A stretch of 64,000 nucleotides of DNA from Octopus sinensis (GCF_006345805.1 NC_043014.1:44950001-45014000), one strand, 5' to 3'. Counted from the stretch's first letter, positions 27,330-41,549 are shown. Numbers and translations are program-made. Notes: generated by a model from the letters alone, not told the origin.

Positions 27330-27480
27330 ATCAATGTCTTTCTTTCTCTTCTTCATTGTGTTTGTCCAGCCTTCAGTTGATATGAGAAACTGCTGAAATC
27401 CCAGGTCCACTTTATCCCAGTTTCCTGATAGCATGAAGCATAGTGTCTCTGCATTTTTCTAAATAATACTTGTCAGTTTT
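27330..27480 (-). pseudogene. Possible decayed pogo/Tigger (CENP-B-type HTH) transposase fragment
   Basis: Minus translation ...KNAETLCFMLSG...QFLISTEGWTNTMKR resembles the 'F.AS.GW..F..R' motif. The similarity is weak. Confidence 0.3.
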
Positions 27481-27815
27481 ATATTTATGTCGAAAAACAA
27501 GATTATAGAAGTTATTTTTGTTTGCTTGTACATTTTCCTTTCTCTTTCCATTGGAGATGTCTAACAATTGTTATGTAAATGGACACTTGGTCACAAATAC
27601 CACAGAATGACATTTGCACAGAATTATAGCTGCCCCTGACAACTGGTTGATAACTAGAAACACTTTGGGGAAAAATGAATAAAATGAAGCAAATACATGT
27701 TTTTATTCATACTAAATTCATGCCATTTAATTTTATTTCATTTAATGCATAACCTCATCCCACCCCATAACTCAAAGACAAAACAAGTAGCATGATTATA
27801 GTTTGTCAAGAATGT

Positions 27816-28295
27816 TTAACCCTTTCGTTACCAACCCAGCTGAAACCGGCTCTGGCTCTGAGTACAAATGTATTGTTTACATAAGTTTTGAATTAAAATC
27901 TTCCACCAAACCTTAGTCATAATTTATGTTCTTAACACTAGCTGAAAGATAACTAAGTTATTTTACAAAATTCTTTGTTATATTTAAAGTTAATTGAAAG
28001 AAATACAGAGCATCTCAAAATAAATACAGTATCAAATGGATTAAATATATATTAGAGGAATAATTCTTAACCCTTTTGATACCAACCCAGCTGAAACCAC
28101 CTCTGGTTCTGTAGTACAAATGTATTGTTTACATAAGTTTTGAATTAAAAGTTTCCACCAAACCTTAGTCACAATTTATGTTCCTAACACTAGTTGAATA
28201 ATAACTAAGTTATTTCACTAAATTCTTTGTTATATTTAAAATAATTGAAAGAAACACTGAGCATCTCAAAATAAATACAGTAATGAAAGGGTTAA
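27816..28295 (+). mobile_element. Two tandem piggyBac-like MITEs (~225 bp each)
   Basis: Copies at 27816-28044 and 28067-28295 with TTAA|CCCTTT...AAAGGG|TTAA-type termini (degenerate right end in the first). A third, inverted copy is at 60203-60430. Confidence 0.88.
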
Positions 28296-28519
28296 GATAG
28301 GTAAGTATGCTGCTTGGTTGTGGGGAAAGAGATTTTTCTATGAACTTGACATATTTTACGTTGACTCTCAAAGATATTATTTTTTTTTTTATGATGTTGG
28401 GCTTATGATGTAAAATTATATATAATTTGCAAATAAATGCCAGAGACAGAGGAAATTAGTGATGGTGTACATCAACAAAAATTATTGTTGATAATTTTCA
28501 TCAGAGGAGAGATCTTTCT

Positions 28520-29329
28520 CTGATCTTCTATCATTTTACTTGTTTCAATCATTGGACTGTTGCCATGTTGTTGGAGCATCACCTTTAAGGGTTCAGTTGG
28601 ACAAATTGACCCCAGTACTTATTTTTAAAGTTTGGTATTTATTCTGTCTCTTTTGTTTAAGTGCTAAGTCATGGGGACATAAGCCAATACTGTTAGTCAA
28701 GCAGTGAGGGTGAGGACAAATACCCCCCCACACACACACAGGCGTCTGTCTGTCTACCAAATACACTTACAAGAGTTTGTTCAGCTCAGGGCTCTAGTAA
28801 AAGACAGTTGCCCAAGGTGCCCTACAGTGGGACTGAACCCAAGACTACATGGTTGGGAGTAGGCTTCTTACTCACACAGCCATGTTCACACCAAACTTAC
28901 CTGAACTGGTGAACATTGGTTGACTATTAGATACTCTTTACTTGTTTCAGTCAGTTGACTGTGGCCATGCTGGAGCACCGCCTTTAGTCGAGCAACTCGA
29001 CCCCGGGACTTATTCTTTGTAAGCCCAGTACTTATTCTATCGGTCTCTTTTGCAGAACCGCTAAGTGACGGGGACATAAACACACCAGCATCGGTTGTTG
29101 GGGGGACAAACACAGACACACAAACATACATGCACACACACATATATATATATATATACATATATACGACGGGCTTCTTTCAGTTTCCGCCTACCAAATC
29201 CACTCACAAAGCTTTGGTCGACCCGAGGCTATAGTAGAAGACACTTGCCCAAGGTGCCACGCAGTGGGACTGAACCCGGAACCATATGGTTGGTAAGCAA
29301 GCTACTTACCACACAGCCACTCCTGCGCC
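28520..29329 (-). mobile_element. Two family A SINEs (diverged 28520-28885; young 28932-29329)
   Basis: Reverse-complement matches to the copy at 58277-58690. Confidence 0.85.
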
Positions 29330-29796
29330 TAGATAGATCACAAAGTAAAAAAACCCAAAAAGTTTTTTAAATATATTAAAATTGAAAATGTAGCTAAATA
29401 AGTTGCACACTAGTTACAATGAAAATCGAGTAGGTAAATGTTCTTAGTTCAAACAGTCTTCTAAAACATTTCAAAATATATTCTAAATAAAAGCATTTGA
29501 AGTTACTGATAATTTCTCAAGTAAATATAATTATTTTTACTAGTATTTAGTTAAAATGTAATCCATTTAATTTTAATCACTTAGTCTGCAGAAATGTTTT
29601 ATTTTTACGAAGATTATTAAGGATATTTCTTCTGGAATCTCTCTTGTTTTATCAATTTTTGAGCAGATTTCAAAATCTTCTGGTATCACAATCATCTAAT
29701 CTGCCTTTATGACTGATGATCCTTCAAAATTCTCTTGTATTTGCAAATGTTCTTTCCTGGTGCTACTATTTAGTTCTCTGAAAGATGGTCTGAGAA

Positions 29797-30016
29797 GGTG
29801 GCGAGCTGGCAGAAACGTTAGCACGCCGGGCAAAATGCTTTGCGGTATTTCGTTCTGAGTTCAAATTCCGCCGAGGTTGACTTTGCCTTTCATCCTTTCA
29901 GAGTCGAATTAAATAAGTACCAGTTATGCACTGGGGTCGATATAATAGACTTAATCCGTTTGTCTGTCCTTGTTTGTTCTCTCTGTGTTTAGCCCCTTGT
30001 GGGTAGTAAAGAAATA
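29797..30016 (+). mobile_element. Family B SINE with 10-bp TSD
   Basis: GGTCTGAGAA at 29787-29796 and 30017-30026. Confidence 0.92.
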
Positions 30017-30249
30017 GGTCTGAGAATCAGACCATCTTACAAGATTCTTTCCCTTTTTCACTATAAGCCCTTACTTCTTTGATTTTATGCATCCTGTAGA
30101 TGAGTAAACCTGTTTTCCTCCTTGCTGTTCAATTTTTTGGGTACATGGTATGTGAGAATTCGTTTAGAATACAATATCAATGTTATCACATTCCTCTTCC
30201 AATCACTTTTCCTTTTTATCTCTCTGTACTGCTCTCCCACCCACCATAA

Positions 30250-31040
30250 ATTTAGATAGAGGGAACTTATATTGACGACAAACAGTAGCAATCACAATTG
30301 GAAATGAAATAGGGAAATATGAGAGGATCAAGAGAAGACTATGACAAAGGCATGTGTTATCATCAGGCCTGTTTTTATTATACAGTGAAATAATTATGCA
30401 ATCTTTTGAACATTTACCAGTGATATGGATAAGAGGATAAAACATCAATAATCATTGTGCAGATGACAAGGTCCTCCTGGCAACATCAGAGAAAGATCTA
30501 CAAGCTATTATTAATAAAAGATTGGCTTGAGTTTTAACAGCATAAAACAGAGACATCAACAATTTGCGACATAAGAGTTAATCGAACAACTTTGAAAAAG
30601 TCAAAGCTTTAAATTATTTGGGAACTATTATTACATCAATTGGGAAAAACATCAAAGAAACTAAATCAAAAATTCAACAGGTGAAAACTACTTTCAATGA
30701 GATCAAAAATAAATGGTGATCCATATGATTGAGAAAAAGTCCTAGGGGTATACACGAACCACATTATTACATATGACTCTGTGACCAGGAACACCAACAA
30801 ATGAATGCAAAAGCTTTTCAATGTTGCAGAGATGTAATTTTTTAAATGGTTAGTGAAGATATCCTATAAGTAAGAAAGGTTGAAGTCCGTAGATGAACAG
30901 AGATCATGAGAAAATTTTAATAACATCAGGAGACAACAGGTTAATTTCATTGGACATCCAGTTGGTGGAACACTGACAGAAGCTGAAGAAGACAGAGGGG
31001 GGAAATACTTGATAACTTTACCAGTTGACAAGAGAAAGAC
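30250..31040 (+). pseudogene. Decayed RTE-clade LINE reverse transcriptase fragment
   Basis: Broken translation RRL*QRHVLSSGLFLLYSEIIM...IRG*NINNHCADDKVLLATSEKDLQ...NYLGTIITSIGKNIKETKSKI matches GVRQGCVLSP / YADD / YLG motifs, with stops and frameshifts. Confidence 0.85.
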
Positions 31041-34000
31041 CAAGCCAATAACTTGCTGTCTATAGGAGAGCAGGGATGGAGGGTTTTTTTTTTTTTTGCA
31101 GATGTCTGTAGATAAGGTACATAAATGAAAAACTTTGCTCTACTTTGCTTGTACATTTCCATAAAACTTATGACATACAAATTGTTGATGAATTATTTTT
31201 AAGCAGAGTGGCTGTTCATCAACCAAGACATGAACAGTTATTCATTCAGCCATCAGTGAGTTGTTCGGTTCAACAGACATGGTATCATGAAAACAAATCA
31301 CCCAAGTTGGAAAAGAAGTAATTTAGTGAACTATCAAACTGACTTGTCATTCTCTTCAGCTTTTCATAAATTTACCTACTTCCAGTCTGCTTCACACAAA
31401 GATGAATAAACATACGAAATAGGGTTGTAAAATGGGGAAACAGTGACTCGGAGAACAACCACATAAGATCCAGCTGCTCTTTATTTCTAGTAAATTCCCC
31501 CTCCAGCTTCCAGTCCCAACTTAACCACCCTCTATCCTCTACCATTTATCAGAATTAAATCAAAGACACTACTATTTGTTTTATTCCAAATTGCTTAAAG
31601 GAAATCTTCAAGGTGAAGTAAGTTTTCTTGAAAAAAGAAAACAATAACATATATATTTGATTAGAAAAACAAAAAGGAAATCTTTCATCCCTGAAACTAA
31701 AACATCAATTACTTTTACCTGCCACAGGTGTGTTTTTATGATTAACAAAGATGTTTTCAACAGGTTTCACTCCTTTTAACATGTTACTATCTATTTTGCC
31801 TTTAAATAATGAAAAATGTTTTGTATATTTATCTTTTTCATTCAATGACTTCATTTTTTAAAAAAACTTTCTTTTAAATGTACAGAGTATAAGATAATTA
31901 AAGTGATAACAATGTTATCAGAGCTCCTATATCATAATGTTTAGTTTATTTTCTTAACCCTGAAATAACAGAATGGTGTCTAGAGTTACCTAACCAAGTA
32001 ACCAAGAAAATAAAAAGTGAGGCTGTTAGAAAGAAAATACCAAAAACAAAATAGTTAAAGATAAAATGAAACTCATAAAATATAGAAGACAAAGACGCTT
32101 AAAATTGAAACAAGATCTTAATTCTCAACCAGGCCCTAGGCCCTTTAAAATGAAATTTCTCAATCAAAATTTTGTAAATGACCAACTGTCCTAACTATTA
32201 GTCATCAATTCTTAGACTTTAAAGAACAAATAGGAAATTAGTTAATTAATTAATCAATTTATAAATTGCTTGGGGTGTGGTGATCTGGTGGAAATGGGAA
32301 AGTACTGAATTAATAACATACAGTATTCCAGTAAATTGTTACATTCCAGTAAATTTTGAATTAGAATTCTGATTTTGTCTTGATATTTTCAAATCTGGAG
32401 TCAATAGAACACGAACACACACACACACACACCCATACACAGTCATGGAAAGCAGACCTAGAAAGATGATGATGATGATATATTATAATTCAGTCTTAAC
32501 TTAATTCAAGACTATCTAGAACCCCAGGGGGGCTCTTAAAGACTTGTATTTAGCTCTGGTTTTAACAGTATTAAGTGTTGATTTTAATAAAAACTTCTTA
32601 TGTGCCTGTTTTCAGGTTATATTAGAGACAGTACAAATTATCAACTTTCTTTTCCACTCCCAGAGGGTGTATGAATTTTATGAAGCAAGCATTCCAATAT
32701 GACTCATAAACAATTCCTTGGTTATACTTTATTGGCAACGAGCATTAAGAAACTTATTTCAGAATCATTCTGTTAATGCTGGGCTGAATACAGATGACAA
32801 TAATTATTGACATTATTCTTTCTGGAGCCAGTTTTAGTTTGTTTATCGATTTAGTTTCCATATCTTTGGCTTTTCACTATAGTATTAATTTGTGTAATTT
32901 CCCCCCATGTTTCTCACTTTAATCTTTGAATTTCTATACTCTATGACTGTATAGTTAAGAAGTTTGCTTTGCAACCATGATTCCAGCTTCAGTCCCACTG
33001 TGTGGCATATTGGACAAGCATCTTCCACTATTGCCCCAGGCCAACCAATGGAATTGATACACAAAAACTGTACAAAGCTCATTGTATACATTATATGTGT
33101 GTGTATGTGAGAGATAGAAAGTAACAGAGAGTATGGTAACATGTATCGTGCTTTCACTGAATGTTTTGGGGGCTTATGTTGTTACAAGCAAACACAGACA
33201 TCTAATTGACTCCTTCTCTTCAACCCAGTGAGACATCACTCATGTGACAGTTGTAGGAAGAGAGAGTTGCACCAGAACTTGACTGGTACTCCTTCTGAGC
33301 TGACTAGACTGAAGCAATGCAAAATTAAATGTCTTGCCCAACCTAGGAATTTAACTCTCTCTCTCTCTCTCATTGTAAAAATAAATGTTTTTTTTAAACA
33401 TTGAATGGCTAGGAGGGTTCACTTGAGTAAAATAGGAATCAAAAGGGTCCATACATATAAAAAATGGTTGAGAAACACTGTTCTAAAGCAATCACAATTC
33501 TGATAACTTTTTTTCTCTGTCTAAATACAAGACCAATGCTTTGCAAGAGTGAGTTTTACTTTATTTAGTTGACCCTATTACATTGCTAGTACTATTTTAC
33601 TGACCTAAATAAGGTTGATCCAGTGGGAATTGGACTCAAAACAATGTGGCGGTGAAGTAGGTTTCATAGAGAAAGTATCCATTATGGGACTAGAAAACGG
33701 CATGCCTGCTTTTGATTCTATGTAGCAAATCATTGTTAGGTAGTTAGGAAGGAACAGACATTCTTTTGTAAAAACACTCTAATGAGGCCAACATTTCCAG
33801 TACCATTCCAACCATTATGAAATAGAATGGGAGATACATACAGAGAATAGAAAAACTTCCTGCTTTCAGTTTTTTAGTCATAATTCCCTATGCTTAGTGT
33901 ATCCAGGTATGTATAAGTGATTTATCTAAGTGCTTTGTTAGAATATTTAAATTCACCTGCTACTTTCATAAAATGTCATCATCCTACTACTGTTACCATT

Positions 34001-34378
34001 CATAAAAAAAAAAAAAACTGAAATCAATTTATGCATCTTTTGATCAAGATACTATGCCTGTTAGCAATCTGGAATTAAAGTTGAAATAATCAAATCTGTA
34101 TTTCCTGAGAATAATTCATTCCTGGTAAATGAACAGCAGAAACAATAGCAACAGAAGGCAGTATCAAATCAACTGAAATATTCTCTTAACTGTAACTTAT
34201 TTATGTGAAGTCTGGTGACCTAACGTAGAAATGGGAAATAACTGAAATCACTTAAATTACAGGTGAATTGAAAATAATAAAGAAATTGGATACTTATATG
34301 AACAAACTACAGTTTCTCAAACCATCAAGGGAAATTCTTCATTGTTACTTGACCTATCAGAAGTAGTTGTAATTTCCT

Positions 34379-34984
34379 TTAACCCTTTAACGTTCAGAGT
34401 TGTTGTTTCAATGGTCTTGTGGGTAAAGACATATGTAAACAGCAGCCTGGGCTGAGGCTCAATCTCACCCAGGGCTTGTAGGTTTACCAAAATTACGGCC
34501 GTTGCCAGCTTCGTCTGGTCCCCGTGTCGGTGGCACGTAAAAAGCACCATCCGGTCGTGGCCATTTGCCAGCCTCCTCTGGCACCTGTGCCGGTGGCACG
34601 TAAAAAGCACCCACTACACTCACGGAGTGGTTGGCGTTAGGAAGGGCCTCCAGCTGTAGAAACACTGCCAGATCAGACTGGGCCTGGTGCAGCCTTCTGG
34701 CTTCCCAGACCCCAGTTGAACCGTCCAACCCATGCCAGCATGGAAAGCGGACGTTAAATGATGATGATGATGATGATTACTCTGTCAAATGTAATGCTTG
34801 TTTATTCATATTGTTTTGCATTTACCATGCATTATCTTGTAGCTTAGAGATTTCAATGACATGATTGATAATTTTTAGAATGATATTGTTGGGCAAGTGT
34901 GAGAGGCCAGGTTTAGCCAGTTTGAATATAAAACCGGTAGGATATTTGGGCTGGCTACAGCCAGTTTAAATACTAAAAGGTTAA
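34379..34984. mobile_element. TTAA-flanked MITE interrupted by a family C SINE (34497-34777)
   Basis: TTAA|CCCTTTAAC ... CTAAAAGG|TTAA termini. Same family as 20189-20775, in opposite orientation. Confidence 0.75.
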
Positions 34985-37900
34985 ATAAAGACTTATTTCC
35001 TTATAATATAGTTCTAGGATACACTGTGTCTGAAAGGAAAAATATCAATGGTCAAGGCTGGAATGCCTTTGATCATAGATTATTTGAAAAAGAATTTTGC
35101 AGCTGATATCCTTCCTGACACTTATAATACTGATCCATTTTGACAAAGCCAAATAGTTTAGGTTTGAGGTCAATCACTTGATTCAATATGAGTATAATAC
35201 CGGTACAAACTTTAATGATCATCTAAAACAGGGATGTAAAACTGTTTACTTAGACTCAAATTTGAAAAGCCCACTGATAAAGCCTTTTAAAAACACAGAT
35301 AAAAATGGGAAAAGTTTGAATTCTATGATCAAAACAGCTATTTTATATAAGTTGCATATCTATGGATTTATAAAATCAAAAATACATTAGTTTTTGCAAC
35401 ACACACACACTCCCACAGATTTTGTGCACTAGCAGTTTGCTCTCTGAACTGAAAAGGTTCCCAACCTCTGCACTGTAGGAACGAAAAGAAATTTGCTCCT
35501 GACATAGTTTGAACTCATGTCTGCAAAAGACATAAACTGGATATTTAATACTGTTACGCATTCCATTTACGACTGCTTCAGCCATCCCCGCCACTATTAA
35601 TAATGTTGCTGTTGCTGGTGAGGTGGAGGAGGAGGATGTTGTTATTGTTGACAGTGATGATAATATTTGTACATTTTCGTAAATGACTCTAAGTTAATTA
35701 TGTGATGTTATTGATTCAAAAAGTAGATAAACGCTATTAAATCTGATATCACGTCTCCGATCTATATTGGTAACCAATACCAATGCTTATATTTCACAAA
35801 ACCGTACACTCTTTAAAAAGTGGAGCAAATTTTAGAAAATTGTGCAGTCTTTAGGAACTTATCAATAGTGTGGTAATGACTGCCAGATATAAATAGGCAA
35901 TTTTAATTTGGCTTCAGAGCAGAATAGTTGAACATCAATGTGGAAATGTTATGTGTGCTTCTGGTGTTGGCAGTTAACAGTGACTTTGTAGCTTACTTGG
36001 TACTTGGGTTCTTTATTTTTTTTTCATTCTTCGTTTGGGGGAAACATTATTTCTTTTTCTCTATCTTCTCAAACTTCTCCAATTTCTCCATCTCCTTTTT
36101 CTACTTCTGTCTTCTAACTCCTATCTTTACTGTAATCTATTTTTTTCACATTCTTCCTGACCTCATAACTGTTGTATTCAGTTGAACCAATGAAAAGGGC
36201 TTCTACATGGCCACTCAAGACTTTAAAAACAACAGCTAAATCACCTTACTTGCCTTTAAAAAGGACACAAGGTATAAGGTACTTCTAGATACAAGGACAA
36301 CTGTGAAGAAAACGATACAATGATTTGACCTGGAATACTTTTGATCATATGTCTGCATGATCAAAACCTAGCTGACTTAAACAACTTTATTCAGTATTTC
36401 AGTCCCAAACTCACAATATATAATTATTCTTTCAAAAAGTATCTAATAGATTACTAGTCTTTGCAAAATTTTTATTCGGTTTAAGAGTTAGATATTGATA
36501 AGTAACACTTAATCCAGCTTTCTTAAAGGTTTAGACATGTATCTCCTCTACAGCAAGACACCATTCTCTGTCCCGCTGTCATACTTTTATCTCTTGTCAC
36601 CTGGCACAAAGGCACCTCCCTCAATTCTACTCCCTGCCTCAGCTGAAGGTTCTTGCCTTGCAAGTTATTTGATGACTTCATTGATGCTGGTATATTGTAA
36701 AAAGCATCTAGTACATTCAGTAAAATGGTTGGCATTAGGAAAGTCATCCAGCCATAGATACCATGCCAACCCCGGTTGGAAAAAAGAGAGATAGAGGAAA
36801 GAGAGATGATGGTGGTGAAGATGTGTCTGGGCATACTCTCAAATTACAAAGAGGTGAATTATATAAGTGGTTATATCTAAATTATTCAAAAAGTATAAGG
36901 TTAATTTTAAAATTTTGTATAGTAAGCCAAACTAACAAGACCCAAACATATCACTAGATATGATACTAGCAGGATTTGAGCTTAAAACAGAAAGAAATGA
37001 AAATAAATTTGAAATTGCATTTAGTTTGCCTTTGGTTTTCATGACTGTCTTAATACACATCCAAAATACAGCAATAAAAGATAAATGTTATATTGGCATT
37101 ATTCATAGCTGTGATTTTGTCAAGGAATAAAACTTTAATGTATAATTTGAATTTGTTGACAGAGTTATGCAATTAGAAAAGTTACTAAAGAAACACAACA
37201 CATTCTAAAAAATGGTCAATTAAGGAAAATTTGGTATCATATGAATTATTAGAATTTTCATTAGAAATTCTCAAATAGTACAGATTAATTGATATAATGA
37301 TGATATTTTATTACTAATTTTTGTTGTTGCTGCAATTATATCTTTAAATTGTCTGTGAGAAAACTAGGTTAATAACATATTTCCGATACAAAATGGAATC
37401 GTTTCCGATAGTCTCGTCACTGAAATGCATTCATAAAGATAAACAGAAGTGATAAAACTAAAGAACTTTTGCAGATAACCATTAATGAACTATTTGGTCA
37501 ATACTATAATTTTCTTTAGGTTTTGATGGTAGAAATTAAGATAGAAGTAAATCAAGACTTCAAGAGTATATTTCAGGAACCTTCACTCTATCCAAAGATA
37601 TCATCAAACTTTGTACTGAATTATATATCTAACTTTCTACATTAATCATAAAAATAGTAATGACAAGGATAATTATACTCTGAGATTGGACGGAGATACT
37701 GAGAGTGCATGAATTACTAGTAATTTATAACATGGTTTTCCATGGCATTCAAACATCTTATAATGTGTAAAAAGTACGTATGTAATTTGATTGAGTTTCC
37801 CAGCTACTTTACAGCATTTTAGAATTCAATAAAGTAACACATGAAAATCTTCAATTGATATTACAATAGGTGACTGAGTCAGCAGAGTGCTACACAATAG

Positions 37901-38197
37901 GCAAGAAGAACATAGGTCATATATCTTGTCGTTAGCGTTGCAGTGTTCCTAGCTAAGACACTTGATTCTTAAATAACAAAGTCAAGCATTAGAGAAAAGA
38001 ACAAAAGGAAATTAGTGAAGGTCTGCTTCAGTAAAAATCAATTCAACAATGTTCAGGAAATTGAATAAGTTTTGGAACCACAAAGAGAAAATAATTCTAA
38101 TATTTGGGGCACAGTTCTTCATGGGAGAAGTGAATTGGGAGATATAAAAGAGAATTACTTCTAATGAAAATATATGTGTGTGTGTGTGTGTGTGTGT

Positions 38198-38490
38198 AGG
38201 CGCAATGGCCCAGTGGTTAAGGCAGCAGACTCGCGGTTGAAGGATCGCAGTTTCGATTCCAAGACCGGGCGTTCTGAGTGTTTATTGAGCCAAAACACCT
38301 AAAGCTTCACGAGGCTCCGGCACGGGGTGGTGGCGATCCCTACTGTACTCTTTTGCCACAACTTTCTCTCATTCTTTCTTCTGTTGGCCTGCTCACTTAG
38401 CCAGCGGGGTTAAAATGATGTGAAGTGCATTGTGACCAGCGATGTGGAGCAACATCTGATAGCCTGGTTGGTCACGGTGGTCATGGTGAT
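38198..38490 (+). mobile_element. tRNA-derived SINE family D; a more diverged tRNA-headed SINE follows at 38551-38850
   Basis: Head GGCGCAATGGCCCAGTGGTTAAGGCAGCAGACTCGCGG...GTTTCGATTCC has A/B-box-like motifs but no closed acceptor stem, and a long non-tRNA body follows. Confidence 0.75.
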
Positions 38491-40585
38491 ATATATATAT
38501 ACATACATATATTTTTTAAACTAATGTATATTGGTATACATTTACATGCAGATGCATGGGCCTAATGGTTAGGGTGTTGCACTCGTGATTGTGAGATCAT
38601 TGTTTCAGTTTCTAGACCGAGTGATGTGATGTGTTCTTGAACAAAACACTTCATCTCACATTGCTCTGCAATCACTTTGACACATGACATGTGGTATACC
38701 ATGCACCTGTTCAGGCAATCTTGATTTGATGGTGGGAGTGAACTAATGTACAGCACATATATTTGATCACTATAAACAAATCATTTGTGTAGGTTGTTCA
38801 GCAAAAGCTGAACACTTATACATCATCTTCGATGGGAGAGTCCATGATGCATTTAATAAAAATTGATAACTTGTCATGAAAACTACTTAATGTATATATT
38901 TACTGTCAATCAAATTAATTTTGAGATCCATGTTTACAGTTCCTTAGGCCATTATCTTAACAAAGATTTGAACTATCAGAAACCCTTATACTTTAGCACA
39001 AAGTTTAAGTCAGAACATTCCAGATACATAAAATAACTTTGTAATATATATCTTCATGGTATAAACATGGCAAAAATATTAAAACAAATATAGTGTCAGT
39101 TGGTGAATAAGTTTGAATCATATTAATTGGATGGATGGATGGATGGTTTATTTACAGAGAGGCTTCAAAACATTGGACTATACTAATAAATTTTCACAAT
39201 CTTAAGATTACTAATCTAATTTTGTTATATCCATTTCTGATGTCTATATATGAAACATAGAAACACTTAACAGTTCTATACCATGTTGATATCGGTTAGC
39301 AATTTAGAAGAAATATTTGGAAAAAGATTATGCATATTTTATAAGATATGTCTTAGTTTCAGGATATTTCAAAATATAGGATTTCCTTATCATGGCATGC
39401 AGTAACTGTGGGAGGTTTGATAGTTGTTTCAAATAACAAAATTGGATTTCAAGAATCGTAAACCAATTCTTAGCACAGTTGAAAGTGATATTTTCTTATA
39501 CATTATGATGTAAAGAATGTCTTTCTAACAATTAAAGTTTAACACGGTTGTTTTGTATCATTTCTGACTTGCAATCTCTCTTTAATATTTGATGATGCTA
39601 CAACACAGAACCATTTTAAATTCAATCATAGCATCTGAAAGTGTTTGACAAATACTTTAAATTAAGTTATCTTTAGCAATCATGTAATGTGTTTTTATAA
39701 TTGTTCCTTGAAATAATTTCATGAAAGTGCTTAAAATATAAAATATTTTAAAGTGATTTATTATGATCAATATCTTCGGAACTGTTTATGTAATATTGAG
39801 ATTAAATTAGATTGTAGAGTTGCTTCAGAAATAAAGTGAATATTTAACAATTGAATTTCATAATTCGTTGTTCAAATCCCCCAAATTCTGTGGTTTTCAT
39901 TAAGTTAGTAGCCATAATATACTGTAGTTTAGCAGACTGACTATACCACTTCCTCTTCAAGAAGGCTGTTCAGGCTTCAGTGAACATACAATGAAGCCAA
40001 AATAATTACTTTGAAGAAATAAAAATATTAATCCATTACATTTGCTTGAACCTCAGACTACTTACAAATGTGTAAGCAAAAATATAATATTGTAATTTGG
40101 GTTAATAGTCTAATATTCTTGTTTCTAACCTTTGTAACATATGTAGTTTATTTTGGAGAAAAAAGCCCAAACACCAAACAAACATAAACTACTTTATGTG
40201 AAACCCAATAATAATCAATGTTGTAAAATAGAAAGTTTTCAGTATGTGTTATCCTTATTACTGATATGTTTTCTGTAAACTATAGATTTTTTTCCTTAAA
40301 TAAATAATAAAAAAAAAAGTATTTATTGTTCAATGTTTTATTAAGTGTCTATTTAGAGTGAAAACAGTTATAAATGGAATGTTTTTTCTTGGTGGAGTCA
40401 CAGTTTGAGATTCATTTAGACTGTTTTAGACAAAACATGTCTGCCAATCTTTATCTCGCTGTCTCACGTACACAAAACATTTTCTGAAAATCATGCTAAC
40501 TACAAATAAGTTAATCAACATTTTGTTGTCAGAAATCCAATGAAAAATGGCTGGAATAATTATGCATTCTCTAAACCATTTCCTA

Positions 40586-40796
40586 ATATACACATTGTCA
40601 TCCATCAAATTTCAAATCCACAAGTAGGTTACATGTCAGCATAATAAAAAAATGATTCTATATTATAATGACTGAACTAAAAGTAAGAAATATTGATTTA
40701 CTTAAATACTAAGGGAACAAACCAAAACAATTTTTTATTATGCTGACATGTAACCTACTTGTGGATTTGAAATTTGATGGATGACAATGTGTATAT
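40586..40796. repeat. Perfect 66-bp inverted repeat with 79-bp spacer
   Basis: 40586-40651 is the exact reverse complement of 40731-40796. Confidence 0.95.
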
Positions 40797-40982
40797 AAGG
40801 AATATTTCTGGGAAGAGGGTATTTTCAAGTTAAAGGAAAGATGGAAACACATTGTGCAAATGCTTCATATTTGATTGCTTAAAAATGTAATGGCAAGTAT
40901 TTATTGACCTTTTTCTTTTCTTTAAAAATCGGCATGAACTTTCCGGACAACCCAATATTATTTTTTTATTATTTATTATATT

Positions 40983-41099
40983 AGACCTGATGAGTGACTA
41001 TGTTTTTAAATAGAATTAATTTTAGATCGATTTAATTTTAAATCGAATTGATTTTATTATTATCTATTTGAAAATATAGTCATGAAACATGTGTAGTCT
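40983..41099 (+). ncRNA. Type I hammerhead ribozyme-like motif with long stem II
   Basis: Stem I AGAC/GTCT; core CTGATGA (40987-40993); stem II GTGACTAT...ATAGTCAT extended by TTTTAAATAGA/TCTATTTGAAA; then GAAA-C-ATGT-G-TA, with predicted cleavage after 41095. Confidence 0.7.
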
Positions 41100-41227
41100 T
41101 TTTACTACTATTTACTATTTATTGTACTTTATTGATTTTTAGAATAAGGTTTTTATAGTATATGTTTTCTATATGGTGTGAATAACATCATTCATTATTG
41201 AATTGTTTAATAGAGGTTTTTCTCTAA

Positions 41228-41272
<45 letters not shown>

Positions 41273-41549
41273 AATATATAAAAACACTACACTCATTATT
41301 ATATTAGGAGATAGTAACATATAATAACAGTTGTAATAATGAGTACAATTTTAAAAAGAAAAAGAAAAGAGCAAATGCCAAGATAAACATTGAAAAAAAT
41401 GAAAAATACCAACAATAGAAATAACCCCTGAACACAATATTTGAGCCAATGATAGAGCCTCTGTACAGTAATTTGACTAGCTAGAAATGGAAGCCAAATC
41501 TTCCTTAAATCACATCCTGCCATCATCAGCAGCATCACCACCACCATGA

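Noticed and set aside
32616-32668. Plus-strand candidate exon (GYIRDSTNYQLSFPLPEG) and other plus-strand micro-exon candidates (12046, 14215, 50926, 58883)
   Set aside because: Splice-like motifs only; no consistent frame chain or recognisable protein, so no plus-strand host gene is called.
38198-38270. tRNA gene
   Set aside because: A/B boxes are present but the cloverleaf does not close and a SINE body follows.
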